Shown one piece after another: positions 7,900 through 16,944 of a stretch of 64,000 nucleotides of DNA. A program made the position numbers and the translations under genes. This stretch comes from an uncultured bacterium (lineage in GTDB: Bacteria > Patescibacteriota > Minisyncoccia > UBA6257 > 2-01-FULL-56-20). Positions within the stretch are counted from its first letter, which is position 1. Every line of letters begins with the position of its first letter. The notes under the pieces were generated by a model. The model worked only from the letters and a program-made list of their open reading frames with translations, did no database searches and was not told where the DNA came from. The stretch lies in the NCBI GenBank assembly GCA_963718575.1, contig OY970358.1:322172-386171 (forward strand). Reading direction: 5' to 3'.

Positions 7900-8781
7900 T
7901 TATTTAATACAAATATAATTTCCTTTCCTAACGATAAAACCTTCTTTTTCCAGACCGGCGATGATCTTTTTAAATCTTGTCGCGGGAATTGCAAGTTTCT
8001 TTTGAAGCCGCGCCGCGCTTATTTTACTCCCCTCGATAGAAAGCGTCGAACGCAGGATTTTTCCGCGAAGCTCACGATCGGATCCGGCAAATGCTGATTG
8101 CTTTTTATAATGCGCACTGCGACGGTTGGGATTAGAAGCCTTTGCCACCGCTCGCCGTCCGGGCATCGCCGCGCCCGCAGTATTCATTGCTGCTCCGTAA
8201 TCCATCAACGCCCAATACCATTCACGCGGATTCTTTTTGTCGACACTACTTTCGATATAACGTTCCAGCTCCACATCGGTTACCCTGCGCCGGCGCGGAA
8301 AGAAAAAATGGATGAACACGCGCCGGATGTTCGTCTCAATGAACACTTCCGGCTTGTTGAACGCAAACGCCATGAGCGATCCCGACGTCCCCTTCCCGAT
8401 GCCGGGCAGCAGCTCCAACGCCTCTCTATCATCAGGAAGCCGACCGTCAAAGTCTCTTGTTACTATCTCCGCCGTGCGTTTTAGGAACACCGCGCGGCGA
8501 TTGTAGCCGAGCCCCTGCCATGCGGCGAGCACATCGCTCGTTCTCGCGCCCGCGAGGGCACGAACATTCGGAAACTGCTCGAGAAATTTTTTGTAATACT
8601 CCGCGACCCGCGTTACCTGCGTCTGTTGAAGCATGACCTCCGAGATCAGGATCGCGTAGGGATCACGCGTGCGCCGCCATGGCAGGCTCGTACGGCCTTC
8701 GCGACGGTAATATGCCCAGATGATCTTTTTAAAATCGGCAATCGTCGGCTTTTGAGACATTAAATCTATATTAACCGCCAT
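7900..8781 (-). CDS. mutY: A/G-specific adenine glycosylase, short HhH-GPD form without Fe-S Cys cluster
   Basis: LPWRRTRDPYAILISEVMLQQTQV, WQGLGYNRRA, LPGIG HhH motif. Confidence 0.85.
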   Translation of the reverse strand: MAVNIDLMSQKPTIADFKKIIWAYYRREGRTSLPWRRTRDPYAILISEVMLQQTQVTRVAEYYKKFLEQFPNVRALAGARTSDVLAAWQGLGYNRRAVFLKRTAEIVTRDFDGRLPDDREALELLPGIGKGTSGSLMAFAFNKPEVFIETNIRRVFIHFFFPRRRRVTDVELERYIESSVDKKNPREWYWALMDYGAAMNTAGAAMPGRRAVAKASNPNRRSAHYKKQSAFAGSDRELRGKILRSTLSIEGSKISAARLQKKLAIPATRFKKIIAGLEKEGFIVRKGNYICIK

Positions 8782-8912
8782 TTGCGCTTTTGGGAAAGGT
8801 TATGGCATAATAAGAGCGATGTAAGTGTTCTTAGTAAGTTTCCACTGGCCGCACTAATGTGGCGCAGAAGCAGAGGAGAAGGAGGTCGCCTTACACATCA
8901 TATAGCAATTGA

Positions 8913-9236
8913 ATGGCTACAAAATTATATATAGGAGGTTTACCGTACTCGACGACGCAGGATGAACTCCAGGAGGCATTCGCGAAGGCTGGCGCAGTCG
9001 TGTCCACGAGCATTATCATGGACAAGATGACCGGTCGCTCACGCGGCTTCGGCTTCGTCGAAATGGGTTCCGATGAAGACGCTCAGAAGGCGATCGAAAT
9101 GTGGAACGGCCAAGATTTCGACGGGCGCAAGCTCACCGTCAACGAGGCAAAACCTTTGGAGGCTCGCCCTCCGCGCCGTGAAGGCGGCGGAAGCCGCTTC
9201 GGCGGTGGCAATGGCGGCGGACGCGACTGGCAGTAA
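8913..9236 (+). CDS. RRM-domain RNA-binding protein with Gly-rich tail
   Basis: RNP2 LYIGGL and RNP1 RGFGFVEM. Confidence 0.95.
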   Translation: MATKLYIGGLPYSTTQDELQEAFAKAGAVVSTSIIMDKMTGRSRGFGFVEMGSDEDAQKAIEMWNGQDFDGRKLTVNEAKPLEARPPRREGGGSRFGGGNGGGRDWQ

Positions 9237-9258
9237 ATCGCCAGTTCGTCAGCTCCTC

Positions 9259-9284
9259 AAAAATACCCCGAAAGGGGTATTTTT
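9259..9284 (+). terminator. Rho-independent terminator
   Basis: AAAAATACCCC-GAAA-GGGGTATTTTT. Confidence 0.8.
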
Positions 9285-9327
9285 GTTTCTGTGATAAAGT
9301 CGTAAATAGGTGATAAAATACGTCTAT

Positions 9328-10392
9328 ATGGAAATCGCGCTTCTCATCATCATAGCCATCCTCTTTGCCGCGATTGCGTGGCGGCTTTGGCGGCCGCAAG
9401 CGCCAGTGGAAAAGAAAGAAGACCCACAGTCGTTGCTGCTCCTCCAAAACCAGATCGCGGAGCTGAACCGAACAATCGAGGCCAAGCTCGGCGAGTCGGC
9501 AAAGGCCATCAATGATTCCACGAGCAAGGCGTTCACACAGGCCACGGAGAGCACGCGCCTCATTCGCGAGATCACGCAGGAGCTCGCAAAGGTGGGCGAG
9601 GGCCAGCGCCAGGTGGTGAGCATCGCGGACAATCTTAAGAATCTGCAGGATATTTTAAAGAATCCGAAACAGCGCGGCGTGCTCGGCGAATATTATTTGG
9701 AAACGGTTTTGAAAAATGTGCTTCCGCCGAACGCGTACCAGATGCAGTACCCTTTTAAGGATGGCACGATCGTGGACGCGGCCGTGATCACGAAAGACGG
9801 CATCATCCCGGTGGACTCAAAGTTCTCGCTTGAAAACTATAACCGCATTCTCGAATCGTCCGACAAGACCGAGCGCGAGCGCTTTGAAAACGCATTTGCA
9901 AACGACCTCAAGATCCGCATCGACGAGACATCGAAATATATAAAGCCGGAGGAAGGCACGCTCGGCTTTGCGTTCATGTTCATCCCGTCCGAGGCAGTCT
10001 ACTACGATCTGCTCGTCAACAAAGTCGGTGCCCTCAAGTCGAACAATGTCAACCTCATCGAATACGCGAGCGGCAAGAAGAAAGTGATCATCGTCTCCCC
10101 CACCACCTTCCACGCCTACCTGCTCACCGTTTTGCAGGGGCTCAAAGCCCTGCGCATCGAAGAGAGCGCCAAGAAGATCGGCGAGCGCGTGGGCGAACTC
10201 GGCAAACACTTGTTGAGCTACGAAGAATATTTTGGCAAAGTCGGCAAGAACCTGACGACCACCGTCTCCGCCTATAACTCCGCCGGCCGCGAATTTGGGA
10301 AGATCAATAAAGATATTTTGCGCATCACGGGCGAACAGCTTGAGCTCGAATCGCCGATTGTGGAGAAACCGGAGGAGATAGGAGGAGAATAG
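9328..10392 (+). CDS. rmuC: DNA recombination protein RmuC
   Basis: N-terminal TM, coiled coil, NPKQRGVLGEYYLE, PVDSKF, FAFMFIPSE, SPTT. Confidence 0.92.
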   Translation: MEIALLIIIAILFAAIAWRLWRPQAPVEKKEDPQSLLLLQNQIAELNRTIEAKLGESAKAINDSTSKAFTQATESTRLIREITQELAKVGEGQRQVVSIADNLKNLQDILKNPKQRGVLGEYYLETVLKNVLPPNAYQMQYPFKDGTIVDAAVITKDGIIPVDSKFSLENYNRILESSDKTERERFENAFANDLKIRIDETSKYIKPEEGTLGFAFMFIPSEAVYYDLLVNKVGALKSNNVNLIEYASGKKKVIIVSPTTFHAYLLTVLQGLKALRIEESAKKIGERVGELGKHLLSYEEYFGKVGKNLTTTVSAYNSAGREFGKINKDILRITGEQLELESPIVEKPEEIGGE

Positions 10393-10395
10393 ATT

Positions 10396-10782
10396 ATGAA
10401 TAGTCATTCGGTAAATATCATTCCCGAACAATATCGCAACGATTGGTCTCCCTATAAAACCGATAAATTTCTCATCCATTGCACAAAAAAAGAAAACTGG
10501 GATGAAATTCAAAAGACCGGCTTCATCGAGCCGCGGGATCCATCGCCACACCACTGGGCCGGCATGAAGGCGATATATTTTTTTAATGAAGATAATGCGC
10601 TATCTCCCGAAAATCTACAGAAGATGCAGGCGCATGAAGAAAAAAACCACGAAGGTCTCGTTCGTCTATATATAAAAACCCAAAACAAACTTTATAAATC
10701 AAACGAAGCGGGCAGAAGTTTTCACATTATGACGCTTGATCCGATTCCGCTCTCGGAAATTGTAAAATCAGAAAAAATCTAG
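10396..10782 (+). CDS. Hypothetical protein, possible ADP-ribosyltransferase-like fold
   Basis: AT-rich ORF with H-x-T...I...G...P......AIYF pattern and terminal IP motif. Confidence 0.55.
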   Translation: MNSHSVNIIPEQYRNDWSPYKTDKFLIHCTKKENWDEIQKTGFIEPRDPSPHHWAGMKAIYFFNEDNALSPENLQKMQAHEEKNHEGLVRLYIKTQNKLYKSNEAGRSFHIMTLDPIPLSEIVKSEKI

Positions 10783-12122
10783 CGCTTCCTCCGTCGCAAA
10801 AACGCCGGAATGTCCCATGCGTCGCTTTCCTTTTCCTTGCCTGCCGGCTTATTGATAGGGGCGTTCGGCGGGGTTGGCATCTTTTCGAAAGCATTCGGCG
10901 CGAGGGATTTCTGGGCCATCATCTCGTCCGCCGATTCCTCGCCGCGGGCGTGGACGACGGGGTTCTTGGAGCTCGTGCCAGGCTCGCCGATGCGCATGGG
11001 TGTTGACTGCTTGTTCACGAGCGCTGTGCCGTTGCCACCCACCGAACCATCATTCCCTGGACGGCCGGTGCTGAACATCGAGGTGCCGCCCTGTCGGCCT
11101 TCGAAGTGCGTACCAAAGAGCGATCCCGGCTGGCTGCCGTTGAAGCCCGCGGCCACGATCGTCACTTTCAATTCGCCCGGTTTCATCGTCCTGTCGTAGT
11201 ACGCGCCGAAGATGATGCGCGCGCCCGGGTCGGCGGTCTGCGCGACGATCTTCGCCGCGTCGTTCACTTCCGTCATCTTAAGATCGCGGCTGCCGGTGAT
11301 GCCAAGCAACACCGCCTTCGCGCCTTCGGGGCTTGTCTCGAGTAATGGCGAATGGAGCGCGGCGTTGACCGCCTTCACTGCGCGGTCGGCGCCCGTTGCG
11401 CGACCGACGCCCACGATCGCGATCCCGGCGTCCTGCATGATATTTTTTACATCCGCGAAATCAACATTGATGATGCCCGGCATCGCAATGATCTCCACGA
11501 GCCCCTTCAACGCGTTGCGCAAGATCTCGTCGATCGCTTCGAACGCTTTGATGATCGGTGTGTCCTTGCTGATCACGGTAAAGATCCGATCGTTCGGCAC
11601 GATGATGATCGCGTCCACTTTGTCACGCAATTTTATGAGCGCTTCGTTTGCGATGCGCTCCCGCTGGCTGCCTTCGAAGGTGAACGGCCGGGTGACGACC
11701 GCGATCGTGAGTGCGCCGGACTGCTTTGCCGCCTCGGCGACGATCGGCGTCGCGCCGGAGCCGGTGCCGCCGCCAAGTCCTGCCGCGAGAAACACAAGAT
11801 CCGCGCCCTGCACCGCCTCGGAAATCTCAGAGCGATTCTCTTCCGCCGCCTGGCGGCCGAGATCCGGATTCATGCCGGTGCCGAGTCCCCGCGTCAAACT
11901 TTTTCCAATATATAACTTCGTCTTTACCTCGCATTCATCAAGATCCTGATGATCGGTGTTGATCGCGATGAAGTCCACGCCCCGCGTGAAATCCTTCGCC
12001 ATACGCGCAACCGCATTGCCGCCTCCGCCACCGATGCCGATCACTTTTACGTTCGCCGACAACGGTTGAAACTTTTCGCCCTGCTTCTTTGCGTGGTGCG
12101 CTTTGCGCTTAGTTTTTTTCAT
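10779..12122 (-). CDS. ftsZ: Cell division protein FtsZ
   Basis: GGGGGNA, GGGTGSG tubulin signature, INVDFADV, C-terminal DIPAFLRR. Confidence 0.98.
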   Translation of the reverse strand: MKKTKRKAHHAKKQGEKFQPLSANVKVIGIGGGGGNAVARMAKDFTRGVDFIAINTDHQDLDECEVKTKLYIGKSLTRGLGTGMNPDLGRQAAEENRSEISEAVQGADLVFLAAGLGGGTGSGATPIVAEAAKQSGALTIAVVTRPFTFEGSQRERIANEALIKLRDKVDAIIIVPNDRIFTVISKDTPIIKAFEAIDEILRNALKGLVEIIAMPGIINVDFADVKNIMQDAGIAIVGVGRATGADRAVKAVNAALHSPLLETSPEGAKAVLLGITGSRDLKMTEVNDAAKIVAQTADPGARIIFGAYYDRTMKPGELKVTIVAAGFNGSQPGSLFGTHFEGRQGGTSMFSTGRPGNDGSVGGNGTALVNKQSTPMRIGEPGTSSKNPVVHARGEESADEMMAQKSLAPNAFEKMPTPPNAPINKPAGKEKESDAWDIPAFLRRRKR

Positions 12123-12193
12123 GGAGATTTAATGAATGTTTCTACTATATTAGCAGAAAACGAACGGGAATAATACTGCGTTAAAAGGGCTTT

Positions 12194-13441
12194 CTACGGG
12201 GCGAAATAGCGGAAGAACTTCTTGAGCCCGGCGCCGCTCGGGGCCTTATCCCCGCCCTTGCCTTCGCTGTCCATACCCCACAAAACAAGGCCAAACGCGC
12301 CCACGAACTCAGGGTCTTCAAGATACTCCTTGAATCCGCCGCCGCGGCCTTCCCACTCATCGGCCAATGTGAACCCGATCTGCGCGGCGAGCTTCATCTC
12401 CTGTTTGACGAGATCGGTCAGCCCGGGCAATTTCGCACCGCCGCCGACGAGCACCACCCCTCCCGGCAACTGTCCATATTTTTCCATCAGCTTCAGCTCG
12501 TTATTCACGAGATCGAAAATTTCCTCCAGCCGCGACTCCACGATTTCCGCGATGAACTTGCGCGAGACGGAACCCTTCGCGTCCTCCGCGAATTTTTTCA
12601 TATCCACCGATTCCTTCTGCGGCACTTCTTTTGAATATGCATATCCGTAATGGATCTTCACTTCCTCGGCCGCATCCACCGGCACCTTCAATCCGACGGC
12701 AAGGTCGTTCGAAATATTTCCCGCGCCGACCGGGAATTTGCAGACGCCGGTCAAACGATTTTCTTCGTATACGCAGAGTCCCGTCGTGCCGAAGCCGAGG
12801 TCGACGATCGCGGTGCCGAGGTCGCGCTGCCGCTTGGAAAGCGCCGCGCGCGCCGCAACGAGCGGACCGTACACAAGGCCGCTCACGTCGCCGCCGGAAA
12901 GTTCCACCGCGCGGATGAGCGTCTTGATGTGCGGCGAGAACGCGTCGATGATCAAACTTTGCACTTCAAGGCGGCTGCCGGAAAGTCCGAGCGGATCGAT
13001 GATGTCGCCGACGCCGTCCACCATGAATTCCTTCGTGAGCGTATGGATGATCGTCCGGTTCTGCGGAAGGTTCACCGCCTGGCTCGCGCGCACGGCGCGA
13101 TCCATATCGTCCTGCGCGATCTCCGCGTCGGCGCGCGAGACGGCGACGATGCCGCGCGACGCCTGGATCTTCGCCTGCGGCGTGCCGATGCTCACATAGA
13201 TATTGCGCAACGCCGCCTTGGAGATTTTCTTAACTTCCGACAACGCGCGATTGATCGCCTGCGATGCCTCGCCGAGATCGATGACAGCGCCTTTCCGGAT
13301 GCCGAACGACGGCTCCTCGCGCGCATACAGGATCGTCGGCTTCGAATTCCGACATTCCGCAACCACGATTTTGAGCGACGAGGTTCCCACGTCCAATCCC
13401 GTGATGAAATCCCCGCCTCCGCCAAGTCCCTTGAGCTTCAT
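12194..13441 (-). CDS. ftsA: Cell division protein FtsA
   Basis: GLDVGTS, VDLGFGTT, VLVGGGAKL, upstream of ftsZ. Confidence 0.95.
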   Translation of the reverse strand: MKLKGLGGGGDFITGLDVGTSSLKIVVAECRNSKPTILYAREEPSFGIRKGAVIDLGEASQAINRALSEVKKISKAALRNIYVSIGTPQAKIQASRGIVAVSRADAEIAQDDMDRAVRASQAVNLPQNRTIIHTLTKEFMVDGVGDIIDPLGLSGSRLEVQSLIIDAFSPHIKTLIRAVELSGGDVSGLVYGPLVAARAALSKRQRDLGTAIVDLGFGTTGLCVYEENRLTGVCKFPVGAGNISNDLAVGLKVPVDAAEEVKIHYGYAYSKEVPQKESVDMKKFAEDAKGSVSRKFIAEIVESRLEEIFDLVNNELKLMEKYGQLPGGVVLVGGGAKLPGLTDLVKQEMKLAAQIGFTLADEWEGRGGGFKEYLEDPEFVGAFGLVLWGMDSEGKGGDKAPSGAGLKKFFRYFAP

Positions 13442-13530
13442 ATGCTCTCATTCTATCAAGAAAACTGGGCGAAAGGAACTGTGCGTTTCTCTTTAAGATA
13501 GTTTTAATTGGTCGTATGTTATGGTGGCAA

Positions 13531-13710
13531 GGCCAACGGCCGAAAGGGCCGGTGGTGAAACGGTATCATGGCGAGGTCGCCACTTGGCAGTTTGGGGTTC
13601 GACTCCACACCAGTCGACGTTGGCGCGAACCCGAACTTGACGCTCATAGAAATCCGAGTACTGTGGACATCAAGGTGGCGACCTGGCGTGGTGCCGTAAG
13701 CACCATCAAA
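13531..13710 (+). ncRNA. Unclassified structured RNA with tRNA-like D and T arms and a 10-bp long-range pairing
   Basis: Extended -10 TGTTATGGT (13517-13525). GCCAACG/CGTTGGC closing stem, D-like arm TGGTGAAACGGTATCAT, T arm GGGGTTCGACTCC, AGGTCGCCAC/GTGGCGACCT pairing, terminator directly after. Confidence 0.55.
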
Positions 13711-13711
13711 C

Positions 13712-13739
13712 AAAAAACCGCTCTCTCGAGCGGTTTTTT
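13712..13739. terminator. Bidirectional terminator
   Basis: AAAAAACCGCTC-TCTC-GAGCGGTTTTTT. Confidence 0.8.
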
Positions 13740-13747
13740 GTTTTTAC

Positions 13748-14122
13748 TTATTTCAACTTCTTCAAAATCTTCGCCTCCAACCCTTCCATGTTCGCGATGT
13801 CCGCCTTCTTTATATGATCATATCCAAGCAGATGCAACACGCCGTGCAAGAGCAGCGCTTTCGCCCGCTCCGGTGACTTCTTTAAAATATCGCGGTTCAA
13901 ATAGATCTCGCCGAGGTAACGCTTCTTTGTTTCCGGATGGGGAAAATGCGCGGGTTCGGGAAACGAGAGCACATTCGGCTCCGTCTTCTTCTTTATAAAT
14001 CGTGCCTTAAGCTTGGTGATGCTCTTATTGTCGAGCAAAATGATATCCATCGCTGCATCGCGGACACCAAGCGCCTTCAACATCTTCTGCGCCAACCGCG
14101 CAAGCTTAGCTTCGTTCCACAT
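13748..14122 (-). CDS. ybeY: rRNA maturation RNase YbeY
   Basis: NVLSF, LGEIYL, HGVLHLLGYDH zinc motif. Confidence 0.9.
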   Translation of the reverse strand: MWNEAKLARLAQKMLKALGVRDAAMDIILLDNKSITKLKARFIKKKTEPNVLSFPEPAHFPHPETKKRYLGEIYLNRDILKKSPERAKALLLHGVLHLLGYDHIKKADIANMEGLEAKILKKLK

Positions 14123-14570
14123 CGCGGATGACATCTCCCACCGTCTTCCCGTCAGCACGTCCCTTTGCCAGCTTCATCACTTCTTTCATAATAGAACTAA
14201 AATCGGTTGCGCCGTTTGATTTGGCTGCCGCGACCATCGCCACAATCTCCTCGCGCGAAAGTTCGGCGGGAAGATATTCATAGAGCACCTTGAGGTCGCC
14301 TTCCTCTTTTGCAACGAGGTCGTCGCGCTTGCCCTGCTTGAAAAGTTCGATCGAATCCTTGCGCTTCTTCGCCTCCTTTTGGAGGATCGTTATCACTTCT
14401 TCATCGCTCAACATCGCCTGCGGATCCTTGAGCGCTTTTTCCTTCTGCGCCGGATTCAACGACGCGAGCGTAAAGCGAAGCACCTCAAGGCGTGCTTTAT
14501 CACCGCTTTTCATCGCGGTCTTCATGTCGTCACTGATTTTTTTAAAAAGGGGCATTGTGGGAAATCCCAA
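14106..14570 (-). CDS. GatB/YqeY domain protein
   Basis: DMKTAMKSGDK..LEVLR, KKRKDSIELF..GKRDDL...E, YLP, GRADGK. Follows rpsU. Confidence 0.9.
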   Translation of the reverse strand: MGFPTMPLFKKISDDMKTAMKSGDKARLEVLRFTLASLNPAQKEKALKDPQAMLSDEEVITILQKEAKKRKDSIELFKQGKRDDLVAKEEGDLKVLYEYLPAELSREEIVAMVAAAKSNGATDFSSIMKEVMKLAKGRADGKTVGDVIRDVERS

Positions 14571-14581
14571 GCGATAGCTAT

Positions 14582-14797
14582 CTAGATAAGGCCGAGCTTC
14601 TTCTGACGCTCAACGTCGGCTTTCTTCTCCTCGCGATGGATCGCAGACGAGCGGCGCTTAATACGGCTGATCACGCGGGTGTGAAACTTGCGATGACGAA
14701 CCTCCTTGACGATGCCGCTCCGCTTCACTTTGCGCGTGAAGGTATACAAAAGCGACTGCGCCGATTCCCCCTCCTTTTTCCTTGCTTCTATTGCCAT
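14582..14797 (-). CDS. rpsU: 30S ribosomal protein S21
   Basis: MAIEARKKEGESAQSLLYTFTRKVKRSGI, basic 71 aa, conserved rpsU-yqeY order. Confidence 0.85.
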   Translation of the reverse strand: MAIEARKKEGESAQSLLYTFTRKVKRSGIVKEVRHRKFHTRVISRIKRRSSAIHREEKKADVERQKKLGLI

Positions 14798-14839
14798 AGG
14801 AGACAGTATATATGAGGAATGGCGGTTTTGCAAGATACT

Positions 14840-14966
14840 GGCAGCGAGGATGGCGCGCAGTGTCTTGCGAGTGCGACGTTCCGGTCTGCTGACCGGCCGC
14901 CTCGACTCTCGGCACCTTCGTGCCTCCGAGACGCCCCGCAAGACACTGTACGCCATCCTCGCTGCC
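14840..14966. repeat. Long inverted repeat (30-bp arms, 28/30 match) enclosing small hairpins, REP/MITE-like
   Basis: 14840-14869 versus 14937-14966. Inner CCGGTC/GACCGG and GGCAC/GTGCC hairpins. Confidence 0.8.
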
Positions 14967-15169
14967 CTGATTTCTACAAAACCAATGTTCCTTCTAATAG
15001 ACTTTACTAATGATTTTTCCTTTAGGCCAAAGGCAATCTTTGAGACGGTCGCGCTGTATTGGAGAGACCTCCTGTCTTCATATTACAAATTCACCATCAC
15101 TCGTTTAAAAATGTTAAATAAAGATTAAAAAGTTTTTGACTTCCTTTTTGCGCGACGTATGATTGTTGC

Positions 15170-15523
15170 ATGATAAAAACAAAAAACGACGATGCCGAAG
15201 TGATGACGAAAGGATGGTTCCGCGAAGCCATGCGTGAATCAATAGATGAATTTGCGAGGATCGTGAATAAAAGCTTTGTCGAGATGGAGTCGCGTATGGA
15301 TGCGCGTTTTGGAAAAATAGAATCCACTATGGCAACAAAAGAAGATATTCTTACGCTCACGCAGCGCATAGATAAACTGGAAAAATATGTCAATAATCGT
15401 TTTGACAGTATCTCGCGTGAATTAAAAGAAATCCGTAAAGAGATAAAAGCAATCGACGTCCGCGCCGATATATTCGAACTCCGATCTCGCGTAACCAAAC
15501 TAGAACAAAAAGCCGGTATGTAA
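15170..15523 (+). CDS. Coiled-coil hypothetical protein
   Basis: Heptad pattern, MATKEDI motif, ...RVTKLEQK end. Confidence 0.75.
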   Translation: MIKTKNDDAEVMTKGWFREAMRESIDEFARIVNKSFVEMESRMDARFGKIESTMATKEDILTLTQRIDKLEKYVNNRFDSISRELKEIRKEIKAIDVRADIFELRSRVTKLEQKAGM

Positions 15524-15549
15524 GTTACTCCTCCTCATCAATATCAGTT

Positions 15550-15632
15550 CGGCAGAAATAGAAATAAGGCATGCGTTTGAAGACCGCTGGATTAATGGTC
15601 TTCAAACGCATGCCTTATTTCTATTTCTGCCG
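15550..15632. repeat. Perfect 36-bp inverted repeat between convergent genes, overlapping the hisS stop
   Basis: 15550-15585 is the exact reverse complement of 15597-15632. Confidence 0.9.
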
Positions 15633-16936
15633 CTTCTTTATCTCCTCCACTAATTTCTCCAGCGGCACCGCTTCCTGCAATCCGTTTGTAAGGTCACGGA
15701 CAATAATGCTGTTCTCGTAGATTTCCTTTTGGCCAAGGATCAACGCAAGCGCGATCCCCTCGCGATCGGCAACTTTCAGCTGCGCCGCGAGCGATTCCTT
15801 GGAAAGCGATTCGGCGACCAAAAATCCGCGGCCGCGAAGGTCTTTCAATATGGCAAATGCTTTCTTCTTTGCCAGGTCGCCGGCGTGCGCGAGGAATACG
15901 CGTTTGCCGGATTTTCCGCTGATCGCGATCTCTTTTGCGCGCATGACGGCGATCAGCCGCTCCACGCCGCATGCGCCGCCGACGGCGGGCGTCAGGTGCC
16001 CCCCGATCGTTTCCATCAGATAGTCGTAGCGGCCGCCGGCGGGCAGCGCGCCGATCTGCGCCTCATTTCCCTCGGCATACATCTCGAACACCGTGCGGCT
16101 GTAGTAATCCAACCCGCGCACGAGGTGATGGTCAAGCTCATACGGGATATTCACCTCGTCCAGATATTCCAATACGGATTTAAAGTGCGCGCTGCACATC
16201 ACGCAAAGCTTATCGAGGAAGTTCGGCGCCTTATCTTTGAGCGCGACGCATTCGGGCTCTTTGCAATCAAGCAGCTTGAGCGGATTTGCCTTTAGCCGGC
16301 GCACACAATCCTCGCACAATTCGCTCTCATGATTCTTATAATAGCTGGTGAGTTGTTTCTTATAGATCGGGCGACAGATGCGGCACCCGATGGAATTGAT
16401 CTTTACGAGGGAGCCCTTGATCTTGAGCTCGTTCAACAGATCCCAAAAGAGCGCAATGATCTCCGCATCATAGATGGGATCGTTCACGCCGCCGAGCGTC
16501 TCAAAGTCGATCTGCGTGAACTGCCGCGCGCGGCCGAGCTGAGGACGCTCGTGCCGGAAGATCGGCCCCATCGCAAACAAGCTTTTGCGGCTGACCCGAG
16601 GCGCGAAAGCCCGTGCTGCATGTACGCGCGGGAAATCCCCGGCGTATATTCCGGCCGGAGCGCCAGAAAATCGCCGCCCTTCGTTTTTAGCGTATACATT
16701 TCCTTCTGCACCACATCGCTCTCCTCGCCGGACGTCTTATTATAGAGGTCGGCAAATTCCAGGACCGGCGGCTCGATCCGCGAAAATCCGTACGCGGAAG
16801 CAAGCGAATGCACAACATCTTCTATTTTTTCCCAATACGGCTCATCGGAAGGCAATACGTCATGCATCCCCTTTGCGGATTGAAAAGTGCGCACAACTTC
16901 CTTTGGCTTTTCTTTTTCCTGTTTAGGCGAAGGCAT
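15621..16936 (-). CDS. hisS: Histidine--tRNA ligase, frameshifted near 16580-16600 (likely assembly indels)
   Basis: N-part KGMHD..P, LRPEYTPG. C-part FRHERPQLGRARQF, LVRGLDYY, GGRYD. Split over two frames. Confidence 0.92.
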
Positions 16937-16944
16937 AGTGCTGA

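Noticed and set aside
10810-13501. Long plus-strand ORFs opposite ftsZ/ftsA (and similar ones opposite pilB, topA, parB, infB)
   Set aside because: Antisense shadows expected from GC-rich codon usage, with no motifs or expression signals.
13546-13617. Canonical tRNA or tmRNA
   Set aside because: Anticodon arm is irregular, acceptor stem is mismatched, no CCA, no tmRNA 5' GGGG/GAC end or tag frame.
13516-13998. 160-aa plus-strand ORF
   Set aside because: Runs through a terminator and antisense to ybeY with no protein motif. The region is better explained as structured RNA.
14798-14956. N-terminal extension of S21 in the ORF track
   Set aside because: The extension is translated palindromic repeat. 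The S21 family start is MAIEARKK at 14797.
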